From the IMG/VR virus record IMGVR_UViG_3300042893_001183: a stretch of DNA of 64,000 nucleotides. The stretch is one strand, 5' to 3'. Position numbers and translations under genes: made by a program. Shown piece after piece: positions 40,401-49,738 of this stretch. The notes beneath the pieces are model-generated. The model made no database searches. It was given only the letters and a program-made list of their open reading frames with translations, and was not told where the DNA came from. The DNA comes from an uncultured virus (IMG/VR IMGVR_UViG_3300042893_001183) (taxonomy: Duplodnaviria; Heunggongvirae; Uroviricota; Caudoviricetes). How positions within the stretch are numbered: the stretch's first letter is position 1; each line of letters starts with the position of its first letter.

Positions 40401-42261
40401 GTTTCACATGGTCTCTAGTTTCAGAACTTGGTGCTGAAGCATCATTATCTAAAATTGCAGCTTTTCTAACAGGGTCGTATTTTACATTCCAAGCCTTAGT
40501 ATGAACATCATCCATTAATCTAATAAAACCTTCAGCTGACGCCATGACAACCGCAATCATATTTCTAACCGTAGGCTTAAACCCAAGTCCAGTATCTTTA
40601 TCTTCAATCTTTCTTAATAAAGCCTCGGTTATTATTGACTCATATTCTGATAATTTTTTATTTGCCGTTGTTTCTAAAGATGATATTGTTGCATCAAATT
40701 TACCCTCTCCTTCAAACACAAACCATTTTTCTTTTGATAAAGTATAACTATTTCTTCCATTAACATCCGTTACTTCAATATTATTAACGATTCCAATAAA
40801 TTTAGATTGAACCGATTCTATTGATTCACGAGTTGGTGTTATAATCCCTGTCTGAGCTCTTGTAGTCTCAACCCAATCAATTTGAGAGTCACTTGGAGCT
40901 TCAATTACAATCATGTCCAATTTAATTGGATTTGGGATTGGGGATGCTCCTTTAGCTCCAAGGGTTGTATTCCCAGCAAGTGCATCATTAAATTTTTTGA
41001 TGTTACTATCTAATAATGATAGTGCCTCTGTCTTAGTAGTTTCATTTGTGGTATTAAAAACATAAACTTTTTTATTATCCTTTAAATAAATTGGTTTTGG
41101 GTTCAAATATGTATTAAACCATGAACTATTTGAATTTCTAATATTTGTAAAATATTGGGTTAAAATATCCTTATAATTTCTAATATTAGTTAAAGGTTCA
41201 ACATCAGCTTTAGGAAAAGAATTTGTAATGTTTTGTTCAAATGTATCCAATTTTGCCATTAATTGAATTAGCGTAAGCTCGGGTAAGTCTTTAGGTATTA
41301 AACCTTTGGCTTTGTATTCACTATAAACTTCAACAATTTTTTGATATCCAATTTCTGTAACTAATTCAGTAACAACAGCGTCACTACTATTACTACTATT
41401 AGCTCCAATTGCAGCTTGTACTTTTGATTGAGACTCATTTGATTTATTTGACGCTTGAGGTGTTACTGGTGTTTGTGAAAAATTAAACCTTTGAGAATAC
41501 ATGTGTGGTGTTGCTAATAAGTGTCCCATAGCAATCTCATTCAATATGTTAAATTTATAACCTTTGAATGTTAAACTGATTTGATAGTTTCCACTAAATG
41601 AGTTGAACGCAGCATGAAATTTTTCTAAATTAAGTTGGTATCTTACCGCTTGTCCGTAAAACCCTTTAAGAGTTAAGTAAAATGGTGGATAAGGTAAATT
41701 AAAAAAGGCTGAGTATGGTGAATTGTTTCCTAATTGAAACAATGCTTTACCCTGAACATCTTCCAATTGCATTGTTACCGATGGTATAAACGAACTATTG
41801 GTTGTAATATTAATACTTGTAATACCTAATAATCCGTTATCAATTACATTCGTCTCATTGGCAACACTATTTGTAAAAAACGGTTTTGCTCCTCCACTAG
41901 GTTGTTGCCCTATTTGAGCAGGTTGATTAGTTCCATCAAATTTAGTAGTATTTTGTCCCGTTAATTCATCATAATATCCTGTCCCTAAATAATTATTTTT
42001 ACTTGGTTTAAGAAAATTAAGTTTTGCAACAGAAATTGTTCTTATTCCACTATCTTCAGGGCTAATACCAACCGCTAATTTTGTTCTTGGTAAAACATCG
42101 GCCTCTAAATTAGCATACATAACTAAGTTTTCATGGTCAACTAATCTTTCTTGAATTTTTCCATTACTAATTGTTTTGTTTGGGTCGACTAAAATGAGGT
42201 TATTATAGTCAAACTCAACATATATGTCTCCACTCTTGTCTGGTGATAAGTTACCTGCCAT
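34405..42261 (-). CDS. Giant baseplate hub protein (gp27/late control D-like) with C-terminal accessory domains including IPT/TIG
   Basis: 2618 aa; LGITSINI...VTMQLEDVQG N-terminus; CSVVCLGNALLQPTMYFNL...GPYMIQDVQHTI..GNFQTTFTGVR; PVFTSFAPLSGYTGTIVQVNG. Confidence 0.7.
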   Translation of the reverse strand: MAGNLSPDKSGDIYVEFDYNNLILVDPNKTISNGKIQERLVDHENLVMYANLEADVLPRTKLAVGISPEDSGIRTISVAKLNFLKPSKNNYLGTGYYDELTGQNTTKFDGTNQPAQIGQQPSGGAKPFFTNSVANETNVIDNGLLGITSINITTNSSFIPSVTMQLEDVQGKALFQLGNNSPYSAFFNLPYPPFYLTLKGFYGQAVRYQLNLEKFHAAFNSFSGNYQISLTFKGYKFNILNEIAMGHLLATPHMYSQRFNFSQTPVTPQASNKSNESQSKVQAAIGANSSNSSDAVVTELVTEIGYQKIVEVYSEYKAKGLIPKDLPELTLIQLMAKLDTFEQNITNSFPKADVEPLTNIRNYKDILTQYFTNIRNSNSSWFNTYLNPKPIYLKDNKKVYVFNTTNETTKTEALSLLDSNIKKFNDALAGNTTLGAKGASPIPNPIKLDMIVIEAPSDSQIDWVETTRAQTGIITPTRESIESVQSKFIGIVNNIEVTDVNGRNSYTLSKEKWFVFEGEGKFDATISSLETTANKKLSEYESIITEALLRKIEDKDTGLGFKPTVRNMIAVVMASAEGFIRLMDDVHTKAWNVKYDPVRKAAILDNDASAPSSETRDHVKQTQGSLLGNTAAENAQIPVYPWPQFFVETPEDKKGRFQLKYIADPTVIDRTKGGDYSKWPEVQFVEEYMKGLTMKFQNPTAAPPLANQRDTNIININPIEFPSLGIAYENKEEIKFYYEIWERQFLTSHYSGLVRANLGQINDLLKLNIETEVSNITTSLGVSSPYITFKLKNYGLNASNYEQFLSTISNMGTGRAYQDHIRDFFVTPYIKSITNNSYSVLSINDLGKIPQLSTKSEALAKLIANASNEPMVVDTLPFTDSSWCLNNLNQSSTSFGTQVYDTKKTLKVFEPRKIISNFSDVNDYKTNRPVTNFSYLLRQNPTLVAIASGIYPGAIPGLSSFYTTRTPNNFIATEGYCDYTTPTGFLGPRTTTSMLNTPYFVNAIQNGVANSKTNDQYPYVQAAYLFLNSLPLASLREKYKTTTDGTITTDGPKITDLDYIASCFNKFGAIHKIPYAWMIKYGSVWHRYKKYKDTGVDILTDVWKNFDYSLNYDPISGSTTKPYVFKYSGVDRTVVLQDETTTDANMQVGFYPKLVNDFNIFYNGYNLYSGYTNQEIQESVNGGLKMYNFLDSNINNATQGTKNLRLITWSVLVPDLTPEISVDCDPKDNTKGEQYFVIPSFGTPLNQTVGACITGVTTSVGTKVNLTSNNSVYNGSVRCLWSAPNFGYYDNNQIAYPNPDSYLNFINTGNTQTPVHFLSTNSYSKIEEVFSVFEKRILDTFEQEFLNFSKSMSNTDVSDYTVTFGQSPVNINANYKNFQSLFKTLMMVPAQSKGQTDTDYFNGTIQSQYDVFQNGVRAFMEYDIIFRYGNPSNYDYRIFNSYLSYNGQQLVVDPITFNPYVKGTLPINGGTLTLTQSKLLNPTAWNALETNVGFSTISGVTYTSNGSYITDFFIDNNIEFTAQNVVLLTPLIKMFATQKLKSPTMTVVQFKNNLTQYLGLETDLQNNFLNGVLSGVRAALPNQQQIPSSTVQSVISGEQSKVENYEVFKALNDKWISGGDYKTKTLFEDIMFLDRASRNIGDTILLDIFDLKYMFGGGKGNGEYSLNQAMSVYTFISGILIKNNFNVMNLPAYVNFYNVQDVDGTTIPKAEGSLDFANSMWGTYLDVDYRKSGPKMVCFYAGKPSQYLDLPKGNFKFRDDAFEMRRASENPLIEDQKGKKDWAVSNKCVGFNVDIGIRNQNIFYSFSVSQDNGSATSESINTQLNMVDQSSGRQTATQNVSLYNLYKQRSYKCSVVCLGNALLQPTMYFNLRHVPMFNGPYMIQDVQHTIQPGNFQTTFTGVRQGIYDLPAIDTFLQSINQNLITKLEELLKINKDSVTVSGTTNAIKAKQISQKADNTLDTTNSCEGNVLKVYNPVNTPGKYVSVKGDLIPINEKTLADTLKRVFPNNESLQTIVYCMSYLKTFQQNSSSKNGAFNGWNNNLGMISLDVDWGSQTTQLSTVYSCVKSKSNASTNISHPVTHFDTLDSYVRFMGARIEPNIPRILTGGLAKYYICDWPGSNVSPEYYDANTAEFKPTTDTLYKALDSAVNVGLSSLNASKDLKSTIQQNINKIKAALTITATTTSSLGTTTVTPLVSASGATSTNLCPPPVFTSFAPLSGYTGTIVQVNGRYLSTTKELKLMNKVVPFKDVTIYNDETLRFVVPQIATGTVAASGKIEVKTNHGTFTGAVLFNYNPALSGVTSSSPGSYTNPAAANKIPPYSATTGITDTKLVSSNLNPQNTGPIVLSAVTDTKDLIGSNTQLTVQVGPDAGAWKIDTQPNFNYKVIQITPGPDGKYKGQTITTASGSRLLGYVSADQQQFSINRAQMLDEFRQSLDDEELENSKIYASIELYVRPTDNVKNPQDVIQTYNFNLFLTDRNVGDAISNTVTSSTTGTTTGRTFAQKAISIIKVGEYDSLQGDGWQYFNVKKPAGGYITFKFDAPEFSTANYGSKYVVDLNNDLVSYSSSGGDDTKYTNLVTVNSLGSFKLRVDYRPYGYTGPIGGQVLTQTVYSPIFTL

Positions 42262-42574
42262 AATAATAAAAATGATTTTCTAACGCCGCTTTATAGTCCT
42301 GTAAAGATGGTAGTAATGGGAAAGGAATAGTCAACACCGCTCCATCATATATATTGTTTTCAAGTCCTCCAAATTGTGGATTTGCTTGAAGTATTAACCA
42401 CCCAAATACAGGTGAGCTATAATATTCTTGTGATACCTTATCTAATCTACTTTGAGCAACTTTATATATGTAAGATACATCGGTTGCCTTTTGAGGCATA
42501 TAAACATACGGGACAACTGTTTGCTCTCCATTAATTAAAAAATCACTATATCTATTCCAATATTGAAATGCCAT
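42251..42574 (-). CDS. Baseplate wedge protein, T4 gp53/LysM-like
   Basis: SRLDKVSQEYYSSPVFGWLILQANP motif. Confidence 0.8.
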   Translation of the reverse strand: MAFQYWNRYSDFLINGEQTVVPYVYMPQKATDVSYIYKVAQSRLDKVSQEYYSSPVFGWLILQANPQFGGLENNIYDGAVLTIPFPLLPSLQDYKAALENHFYYYGR

Positions 42575-45500
42575 TAGTTTAATTTTGCTTTAGATATGTA
42601 TGCACCTGTTGAATTTCCATTAGTATCATTCCAAGTGTTGTTATTTGTGTTTTGATTTGTTGTTGCACCCAATCCTTTAATCATATTTTGTTGTGATGTT
42701 TTAACTTGAGCAACAGCCGCGTTTTCAATAGTGTACGTAAAGACTCTGTCTTTTTTATCAAACGGTGTATATACCAAGAAGTTTTTTAACTTTGTTTTTT
42801 CCATATTTTCAATAAACGCCTTAGTAATGTTGTTTTCACTCAAAAATACAGGCTTAGCAGTTTGTTGCCAATAGGCATCAAATACCGCCTCAATATTATC
42901 AGCTCCTTTTCCAATGATAGATGCATTACCAATGATATTACCAATTAAAGCTTTTTTAAATGTTTCATACTTTTTTTCATCAAGAACATCTTCAGACATA
43001 ATCATATATTCTCTTCTAAATGGATAATTTTCAACATTATTACTAAATGATGGATTTGTACTAAAAGGTAAAAAAACTTGTTCAACCGTAACCTCTTTAG
43101 ACACTCCATCATTTGTTTGGAAAACTAATTTACCTTCATATTCAGTTGCATTATAAGTAAATTTTGTATTTGACCATATTGCCTCATTAAACTCTGCAAT
43201 ATTTTTTTGTATCTTTTGAACGTCTTGTACTAATTCTTGTAATGTATTTGTTGCCGTAGAACTTGTTGAAGCTGAAGAAGTTCCAAGTGTTACATATACT
43301 TTAGCATTACCTGTTTTACCTTGTAATCCATCTGTACCTGTGTTAGGCGTACCAGGGAATGTTATAAGATTAACTCTCCCTAAACGTTGAATGTACTTTT
43401 GTTCTTCGGTTGTAAGGTCCTGTATTATTTTTGATACTGCGTTTTGGAAAGAACTTCTTTTATTTTTAACAAAATTAAAATAGTTCTCTTGAACGGTTCC
43501 TGTTAACCTTGGTGAGAAATCTCTAACCTTTGCTGCGATGAATTGTAAAAATGGCTCGTTACCATTTTTAATATTTTTTTCAAACGTACCAAAAATTTCA
43601 TCAAATCTTTTTTCAACATTAGCTGGTTTACCAAATAACGATACTGTTGATGCACTCACACTAAGATTTCCTTGAGTGTAGGAACGTTGCAACATCCATT
43701 GTTGTCTTACCGCGTTGTTATATTGATTAACAGTTTCTTTTGTTTTGTTAACCACTGTTGTAAAGTAATTCTGAGTATCGGTAACTGTTTGTGACATAAA
43801 ATCAGAATAACTTAATGTACCAGTTTCTCCACTTGCCGTTATAACATTAGTAAGAATTGTACCCACAGTTCCATTATTGTTTTGACCCGCATTAGGTACT
43901 GCTTGATTTACTGCCGGTGCTGATACCGTATCTTGTTTCCAAAATTCTTCATCTAATACTTTTAAGAAATCTTCATTAGCAGTAACAGTAGACCTATCGT
44001 CATAAATTTCAGTATTTGCGTAGTAATTAAAGGTTAATGCATTTTGTAATCTATCCACTGATTCTTTTAATCCACTACCTCCAACAAAATTGAATCCCAT
44101 GGTTACATTGGCAATCATTGGTTGTACACCAATACCTTCAGGATTAAGGTCTAATTCCTCATAAGTTAATCCTAATGATGTTGGAATAATTTTAGTGTTA
44201 TAAAAATCTCCAATTCTTAATACTAAGACTGGTGGCGCTCCAAATGCGGTATTAACAGCATTGTTATATTCTAACACAGGTTTTCCACTTGGGGTACTCT
44301 TTTTAATTGTTGGTATTGTATTACCAGGTCTCATACATTGTTGTAAGAAAGTAAGTCTTGTATTCAATCCTTCAGGTGTTGTTGAGTGAAACGCTGGTTG
44401 GAAAAATTTCAATTTATCTTTTAAATTGTCATAGACCATTGGTGTTTCTGTTTTAATTGTTTCAAAGTAATCACACTCAGATAACAAATTTCTTAACACT
44501 CTCTTGGTAATATTGTCTCTTCTAATTCGTTGTTCAACAACTTCTTCAGTTCTAACTGTAGTTGTTACCACATTTCCAACTAATACCTCAGTATAGTTTG
44601 GTGGCGGTGGTAATATTGGGGCAGATAATGTAGATTCGATTTGTGAGATATAAGCTCTTCTACAAGCCATTGAAGGTACAGTATAAATATCTTTTGACCC
44701 TGATTGAGTATCTCCTCCTGGTGTATTAACATCCTTATCTCCACAATTATAGGTTTGTCCCGCAGTTTTAACATTATCAGCAGTATATGGTCCTGTATCC
44801 GCACTTGCCATAAGTGGTTGAGCGGCAGCTTGATTTTCACCAAACGGTTTTCCTTGTTTAATTAGTAATCTTTTGTTAATAAATGGAGCTGTATTGGGGT
44901 CTTCTTCAAAAAACTTAACAAGTGATGCGATTCTTCTTTTAGATAACTCAATATTATAAGTTTGAGTTGCAGGAGCAGAACAACTTGAGTCAATAACAAT
45001 CGTTACACTACCATCAGGGTATTGTGTAAGTTGATTTTTTAAATCTAACGTCATTCCTGTTAAGACATGATAGTTTGGTGTAACAGCTTTATTAAAGAAG
45101 TTACCTAATGCCGCACCGTTATTTTTTTGAGTATATAAATTAACGTTACTTGGACTGGTATATCTAACATACTCTGTTGTGTAGTTTGGTGCAGTGTTTG
45201 GTTTTGGGTAATCATTTCCAAAGTACGCACCAATATTTATATACTTTCCAAAATAATCTTTACCTAACGAATTAGATTGAGCAACAACTGTGCCACCTTT
45301 ATTTGGAGCATCTTTACCTGTTTGAATAGTTTCTTTAATAAATTGAAGTTCTTCTTTTGTCGCCTCTTTAGAAGTTATAACATCTTGTAAGTAAGATAAT
45401 TCGCCAGGAGGAATTGTATAATATTTTTTAGCAAGTTCATATAGGTCATACTTTCTACAACCAGCAAAGAATGAATCTAAAATACCATCAATCCTAACTT

Positions 45501-47616
45501 TATTAGTTTCATTGTTTAATACTTTATTAACAATAACATTCAATACAGACGGATGGTCAACAACAATTTTCCATGTTAAAGTTCCACTTCTTTGTGTATT
45601 TTTATAAGTGTAAATAGGTTCAGGTCTTCCTAAGAAGTCTGAACTGTTCCAGTTAGCCGATACAGACTCACTAAAGGTCAATCCGTACGGAGGGAACCAC
45701 ATTACTCGTCCACCATTTGGTCCTCTCTCACAGACCGCTAAATCCGATACAGAGTTACCTGGCGCACCTGTTCTCCAAGCCAAATTCTCCAATGAGAACA
45801 TATATTTTTTGGCGTAACCCGTATTACCCGCTCCGCCTATTATGTTAGTAGAACTATGTCCTCCCTCCATCTTATTTGGAGCAATGTTAAGGTTGTATGT
45901 ATTATCTAGTACTGAATCAGAGAATCTTCTACCACTAACCGTAATACCATCAACTTTTTGAAGGTCATTATATTGTAGGTAAGGTATGTCTTTGGCAAAT
46001 ACCCTACAGTATTCGGTTCCAACTTCCTGACCAATAGCTCCAGTGTATTTATATACTCTTGAACCCTTAGTCATTTCTTTATACCCGTCGTTAAACACTT
46101 TACTCACTTGGTCAATCGCATTACCTACGTGTTGTAATCTTTTACCTCCTTGAGGTTGGCTATCAATTATTCTTTGTGTTTGGTCTAAGATTGAACCTTG
46201 TTTAAATGTTCTTTCAGTTGACTCAGTTGAATTGTATGATGATGGTTTAAAGTCTTGGTCCTCATTAACAATCAATCCTCCGATACCAACTGTCTTACCA
46301 GCATTACCCTTATACTTAGGTGATACCCACGTAAATCCACCTTCAATACCTCCACCATTTGAATATGTAGGTCCATTAGCTCCTAACTTAATTTCTTTAC
46401 TTGGTCCTTCATATAGTTGAGCTAACTCAGATGGTCCATAAACAGGAGATTGTTGTTCAATACCATAAGCGTTAACAGGTACCTCACCAGCTGGTGAAAA
46501 AACTTGTGAAGGATTAGAACTTATACTACCTACATAGAAATTACTATTATCCGATTGAGTACCTGTAAGTACTCCAGCAGCTCTATCAATAAACGTTCTT
46601 GGGAAATTTGGTTTGTATCTGTTGTAATCAATGTTTTTGAATAGTCTTGACCTTTGTCCTGCTCCCATGTTATTAAACATGATTTGAGAACCAGTGTCTC
46701 CACCACCCATAAGTCTATTAAAAAATTTACCAACCCCACTACGTCTAAACGCATTGGACATTTGTTGTATTGTCGTCTGTGGTCCTGGATTAGTATTTGG
46801 GTCAAAATAAGAACCAGGTATTGTTGAAGTTGGTAATATACTTCCTCCTAATCTTAATGCAAAATTGGCGGCCGCAAGTATTGGGTTTGCGGTAATGGTA
46901 ATTGTATAGTTTGGTTCAATTAACGGAACATTACCTGTAATGATATTAACCAAATCAGTACCACTATTAACATTTAAAATGTTAGCTCTTCCAATAGTAT
47001 CTTGTCTAATTTGAGTGGCAATTCTTTGTTCAAACTCATGTCTAAGTGTTTGAGCGCCTAATTTGGCAATAAACGAATCCTGACTTAATAAACCATTACT
47101 TCCGCCAGGGTCTTGGGAAAGTAATATTGATAACGGACTATAGTTTGACGGTACAAATGTTGTTGGGTATGGTTGGTTGTTATAATTGTTTGTAGTTTGT
47201 GGTTTGTCTAAAGAATTAAAAAATTCAGCACTATCTAATTGTATTTGACCACCATTAGAAAATACGTTAAGTGGTTTCCACTTTTGTGATTCAGGTACTG
47301 ATTGAGCAACGATATTGGCGTCTTGAAATCCGTATTCACCGTCATTTGATTTGGTATTCATTAACCCTCCTGGGTCAGGAACTTGTTTGTATCCTCCTTC
47401 ATTACCCCATTGATTAAGAGGAAATAATTTGTTTGCGAAAGATGGCTCATCAATTAATTGGTCAGGACTATCTTGAACTGATGTGTCTGACTGAATGTAT
47501 TCAGTATTAATAGGTTGCGTAGGTCTGTTAGGGGACTTAGCATAAGGAGTTAAGTTCCTAGTTATAAGTTTCTTTCTAAAACCATCCGAATTTATAAAAT
47601 CTAAAGGACTTCCCAT
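42574..47616 (-). CDS. Large tail-tube-initiator/baseplate protein with inserted OmpA-like domain
   Basis: 1680 aa; FSESVSANWNSSDFLGRPEPIYTYKNTQR and PPVLVLRIGDFY halves flank YNIELSKRRIASL. Confidence 0.65.
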   Translation of the reverse strand: MGSPLDFINSDGFRKKLITRNLTPYAKSPNRPTQPINTEYIQSDTSVQDSPDQLIDEPSFANKLFPLNQWGNEGGYKQVPDPGGLMNTKSNDGEYGFQDANIVAQSVPESQKWKPLNVFSNGGQIQLDSAEFFNSLDKPQTTNNYNNQPYPTTFVPSNYSPLSILLSQDPGGSNGLLSQDSFIAKLGAQTLRHEFEQRIATQIRQDTIGRANILNVNSGTDLVNIITGNVPLIEPNYTITITANPILAAANFALRLGGSILPTSTIPGSYFDPNTNPGPQTTIQQMSNAFRRSGVGKFFNRLMGGGDTGSQIMFNNMGAGQRSRLFKNIDYNRYKPNFPRTFIDRAAGVLTGTQSDNSNFYVGSISSNPSQVFSPAGEVPVNAYGIEQQSPVYGPSELAQLYEGPSKEIKLGANGPTYSNGGGIEGGFTWVSPKYKGNAGKTVGIGGLIVNEDQDFKPSSYNSTESTERTFKQGSILDQTQRIIDSQPQGGKRLQHVGNAIDQVSKVFNDGYKEMTKGSRVYKYTGAIGQEVGTEYCRVFAKDIPYLQYNDLQKVDGITVSGRRFSDSVLDNTYNLNIAPNKMEGGHSSTNIIGGAGNTGYAKKYMFSLENLAWRTGAPGNSVSDLAVCERGPNGGRVMWFPPYGLTFSESVSANWNSSDFLGRPEPIYTYKNTQRSGTLTWKIVVDHPSVLNVIVNKVLNNETNKVRIDGILDSFFAGCRKYDLYELAKKYYTIPPGELSYLQDVITSKEATKEELQFIKETIQTGKDAPNKGGTVVAQSNSLGKDYFGKYINIGAYFGNDYPKPNTAPNYTTEYVRYTSPSNVNLYTQKNNGAALGNFFNKAVTPNYHVLTGMTLDLKNQLTQYPDGSVTIVIDSSCSAPATQTYNIELSKRRIASLVKFFEEDPNTAPFINKRLLIKQGKPFGENQAAAQPLMASADTGPYTADNVKTAGQTYNCGDKDVNTPGGDTQSGSKDIYTVPSMACRRAYISQIESTLSAPILPPPPNYTEVLVGNVVTTTVRTEEVVEQRIRRDNITKRVLRNLLSECDYFETIKTETPMVYDNLKDKLKFFQPAFHSTTPEGLNTRLTFLQQCMRPGNTIPTIKKSTPSGKPVLEYNNAVNTAFGAPPVLVLRIGDFYNTKIIPTSLGLTYEELDLNPEGIGVQPMIANVTMGFNFVGGSGLKESVDRLQNALTFNYYANTEIYDDRSTVTANEDFLKVLDEEFWKQDTVSAPAVNQAVPNAGQNNNGTVGTILTNVITASGETGTLSYSDFMSQTVTDTQNYFTTVVNKTKETVNQYNNAVRQQWMLQRSYTQGNLSVSASTVSLFGKPANVEKRFDEIFGTFEKNIKNGNEPFLQFIAAKVRDFSPRLTGTVQENYFNFVKNKRSSFQNAVSKIIQDLTTEEQKYIQRLGRVNLITFPGTPNTGTDGLQGKTGNAKVYVTLGTSSASTSSTATNTLQELVQDVQKIQKNIAEFNEAIWSNTKFTYNATEYEGKLVFQTNDGVSKEVTVEQVFLPFSTNPSFSNNVENYPFRREYMIMSEDVLDEKKYETFKKALIGNIIGNASIIGKGADNIEAVFDAYWQQTAKPVFLSENNITKAFIENMEKTKLKNFLVYTPFDKKDRVFTYTIENAAVAQVKTSQQNMIKGLGATTNQNTNNNTWNDTNGNSTGAYISKAKLN

Positions 47617-47658
47617 TAATATCTTTAATTAATAAATAGGTTAAGGACTATTTTTTGT

Positions 47659-49512
47659 TTATCTCGTTACTGTTTTTCCAGTAGGTGCCTTTGTTGGGTT
47701 ATTTGGTGTATTAACCTCAATCATATATTGTTTCATATCCGTACTATTCATTTTTTCAATAAGCATTTTGGTAATCTCTTCTTTTTGAGCATTTGTTAAA
47801 TTTTCCGCTCCTCCATTGAAATTGACATCAATTTTAATCCCTCCTCCAAAATCTACTTGTGATTTCTTTGCTCCACCAAATGGTCCTCCGTTATTACTAA
47901 CAACGTCTTTAACTTTAGATGATGCGTTTGTACCTTCAATTAAACTTGAAATTGGTCTATTTCCATCACCAGTATTTTTAGTTGTTTGAGTTTTAGTTTC
48001 ACCTAACATTTGGTCAATAAAACTTCTGGCGTTTCTATCAATTGCATTTTTATCGCCTAACTGTGAACGTGTTTCTTGTAATGTTTTTATAATATTTGCT
48101 TGAGCATCCTTACTTAAATCCTGTAATTGAACTCCGGCTTTAGTTAGATAATTTGATAACGCATCTGTTGTTGAAACATCTTTATTTGCAATATCTTTAA
48201 ATAACGATTTTACGTCGTCAAAAGAGTCGGTCATTGTATCTCTAACTTTTTGTGGTGAACTAAAGTTTTTAGATAATGCGCCAGTTAAACTAGAAGATAG
48301 TTTTCTAATGGCTTCTGAACTAGATAAGACATCTTTTTGTGTAACAGCACCACCTAGAACTGCGGCTTTAATTGCGGAAACATTACCTGCAATATCCGCA
48401 CTAATGGTCATTTGAGATTTTGCAATCTCTTCCATTGTTTTAGGTCCGTTCTTTTGTTCTTCAATAAGTTTATCAAATTCTGGCTGTGTTAAGTCCGCTA
48501 ATTCTTTTTTAGTTCCATCCTCCAACGTTACTTTGTACTTACCATCTTGCATTGTTGCAATATTTGCCAAATATTGTTTGTCTTCATCACTAGCAATTGT
48601 AAGTCCTGCATTATTGATTGCCGACAATCTTTGGTCCAATTCTGCGGCTGCAAGCCCCATTTTACTCATCTCCTTAGCACTAACCCCCGTTTGTTGTTCC
48701 ATCTCTCTAAGGGTTAATACACCTTGTGGGTTAATCTTGAAAGTTTTTGTTTTTTCGTCAAAATAGGTAAATTGTTTTGCAACATCTGCCAAACTATTTT
48801 GAAGTCCTGATGGGTCATTAATCGATTGGTTCATTAATTGGAATGGGTCAGCAAGGGCACCAGCACTAACACCTAATCTTTGGAAAGCCGCTGCCACTTC
48901 AATAGCTCCTTCAGGATTTAATACTTTATCCGCAAGTCTAAATGTTTCCCCCATATCAAACCTCAACATTGAAGCTTGAGCTGCCATTTTGGTTAGACCT
49001 TGAACTCCTCCCTCAAATTGGTAACGATTCATTTGTTCCATGTTATTTCTAACATCTCCCATCACTTGTTTGGTGTTTCCACCTATACTACGAACATAGT
49101 TAACTGAATCCTCTAATTGTTTACCAACTTGTTCAATTCCAACACCAACATTTAAAAACGAATCCGCAATTTCTTTAACACTTCCCCCAATTACTTTAGT
49201 AGTTGCATATAACTTTTCAACATCTTCAGTATTGGCGACAACGTTTCTTCTTGAAGCTTCAGCAATTTGACCAATAGTTTCGCCAACAGCACCTAAATCT
49301 CCTCCTAATCTAACAATACCAGGAAGAGCGTCGGCAAGAGCAACTTTAACTTCATTAATTCGTTCTCTACTCTGACCAAAGGTATTATTAACTTCACGAG
49401 CAACTGAACCAACTCTCTCATACGCATCAATAAAGTCAGCAGCATTAAAACTTGCTGCATTTTTTATGTCATCTGCATATTGTCCTGGGGTCTTTTGGGT
49501 TTCGTCTGCCAT
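47659..49512 (-). CDS. Tape measure protein
   Basis: 617-aa Ala/Gln/Met-rich helical protein directly after tube and chaperone genes. Confidence 0.75.
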   Translation of the reverse strand: MADETQKTPGQYADDIKNAASFNAADFIDAYERVGSVAREVNNTFGQSRERINEVKVALADALPGIVRLGGDLGAVGETIGQIAEASRRNVVANTEDVEKLYATTKVIGGSVKEIADSFLNVGVGIEQVGKQLEDSVNYVRSIGGNTKQVMGDVRNNMEQMNRYQFEGGVQGLTKMAAQASMLRFDMGETFRLADKVLNPEGAIEVAAAFQRLGVSAGALADPFQLMNQSINDPSGLQNSLADVAKQFTYFDEKTKTFKINPQGVLTLREMEQQTGVSAKEMSKMGLAAAELDQRLSAINNAGLTIASDEDKQYLANIATMQDGKYKVTLEDGTKKELADLTQPEFDKLIEEQKNGPKTMEEIAKSQMTISADIAGNVSAIKAAVLGGAVTQKDVLSSSEAIRKLSSSLTGALSKNFSSPQKVRDTMTDSFDDVKSLFKDIANKDVSTTDALSNYLTKAGVQLQDLSKDAQANIIKTLQETRSQLGDKNAIDRNARSFIDQMLGETKTQTTKNTGDGNRPISSLIEGTNASSKVKDVVSNNGGPFGGAKKSQVDFGGGIKIDVNFNGGAENLTNAQKEEITKMLIEKMNSTDMKQYMIEVNTPNNPTKAPTGKTVTR

Positions 49513-49543
49513 AATTTTATTCTGTTAGATATTATATAAATAC

Positions 49544-49570
49544 AAAAGGACTGATTTTTCAGTCCTTTTT
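49544..49570. terminator. Bidirectional-type hairpin terminator
   Basis: aaaaggactga-tttt-tcagtccttttt. Confidence 0.75.
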
Positions 49571-49738
49571 ATTGTCTTCAATCCATTTGTCTAATAAATA
49601 CTTTCTCATGAAGAGTGGCATAATTAGAAAATCCTGATACGATATGTTTAATAGTGTCGATAAATAGTAATACTCGTCGAGCTGACTTTTCCTATAATCA
49701 GAAGAAAGGACGAAAAAAGTCCACCCCAAAACCGACAT
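49559..49738 (-). CDS. Second tail-chaperone segment (gp51/lambda gpT-like); absent from the ORF track
   Basis: 59 codons: MSVLGWTFFVLSSDYRKSQLDEYYYLSTLLNISYQDFLIMPLFMRKYLLDKWIEDNKKD; +1 frame overlapping the upstream chaperone. Confidence 0.75.
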   Translation of the reverse strand: MSVLGWTFFVLSSDYRKSQLDEYYYLSTLLNISYQDFLIMPLFMRKYLLDKWIEDNKKD

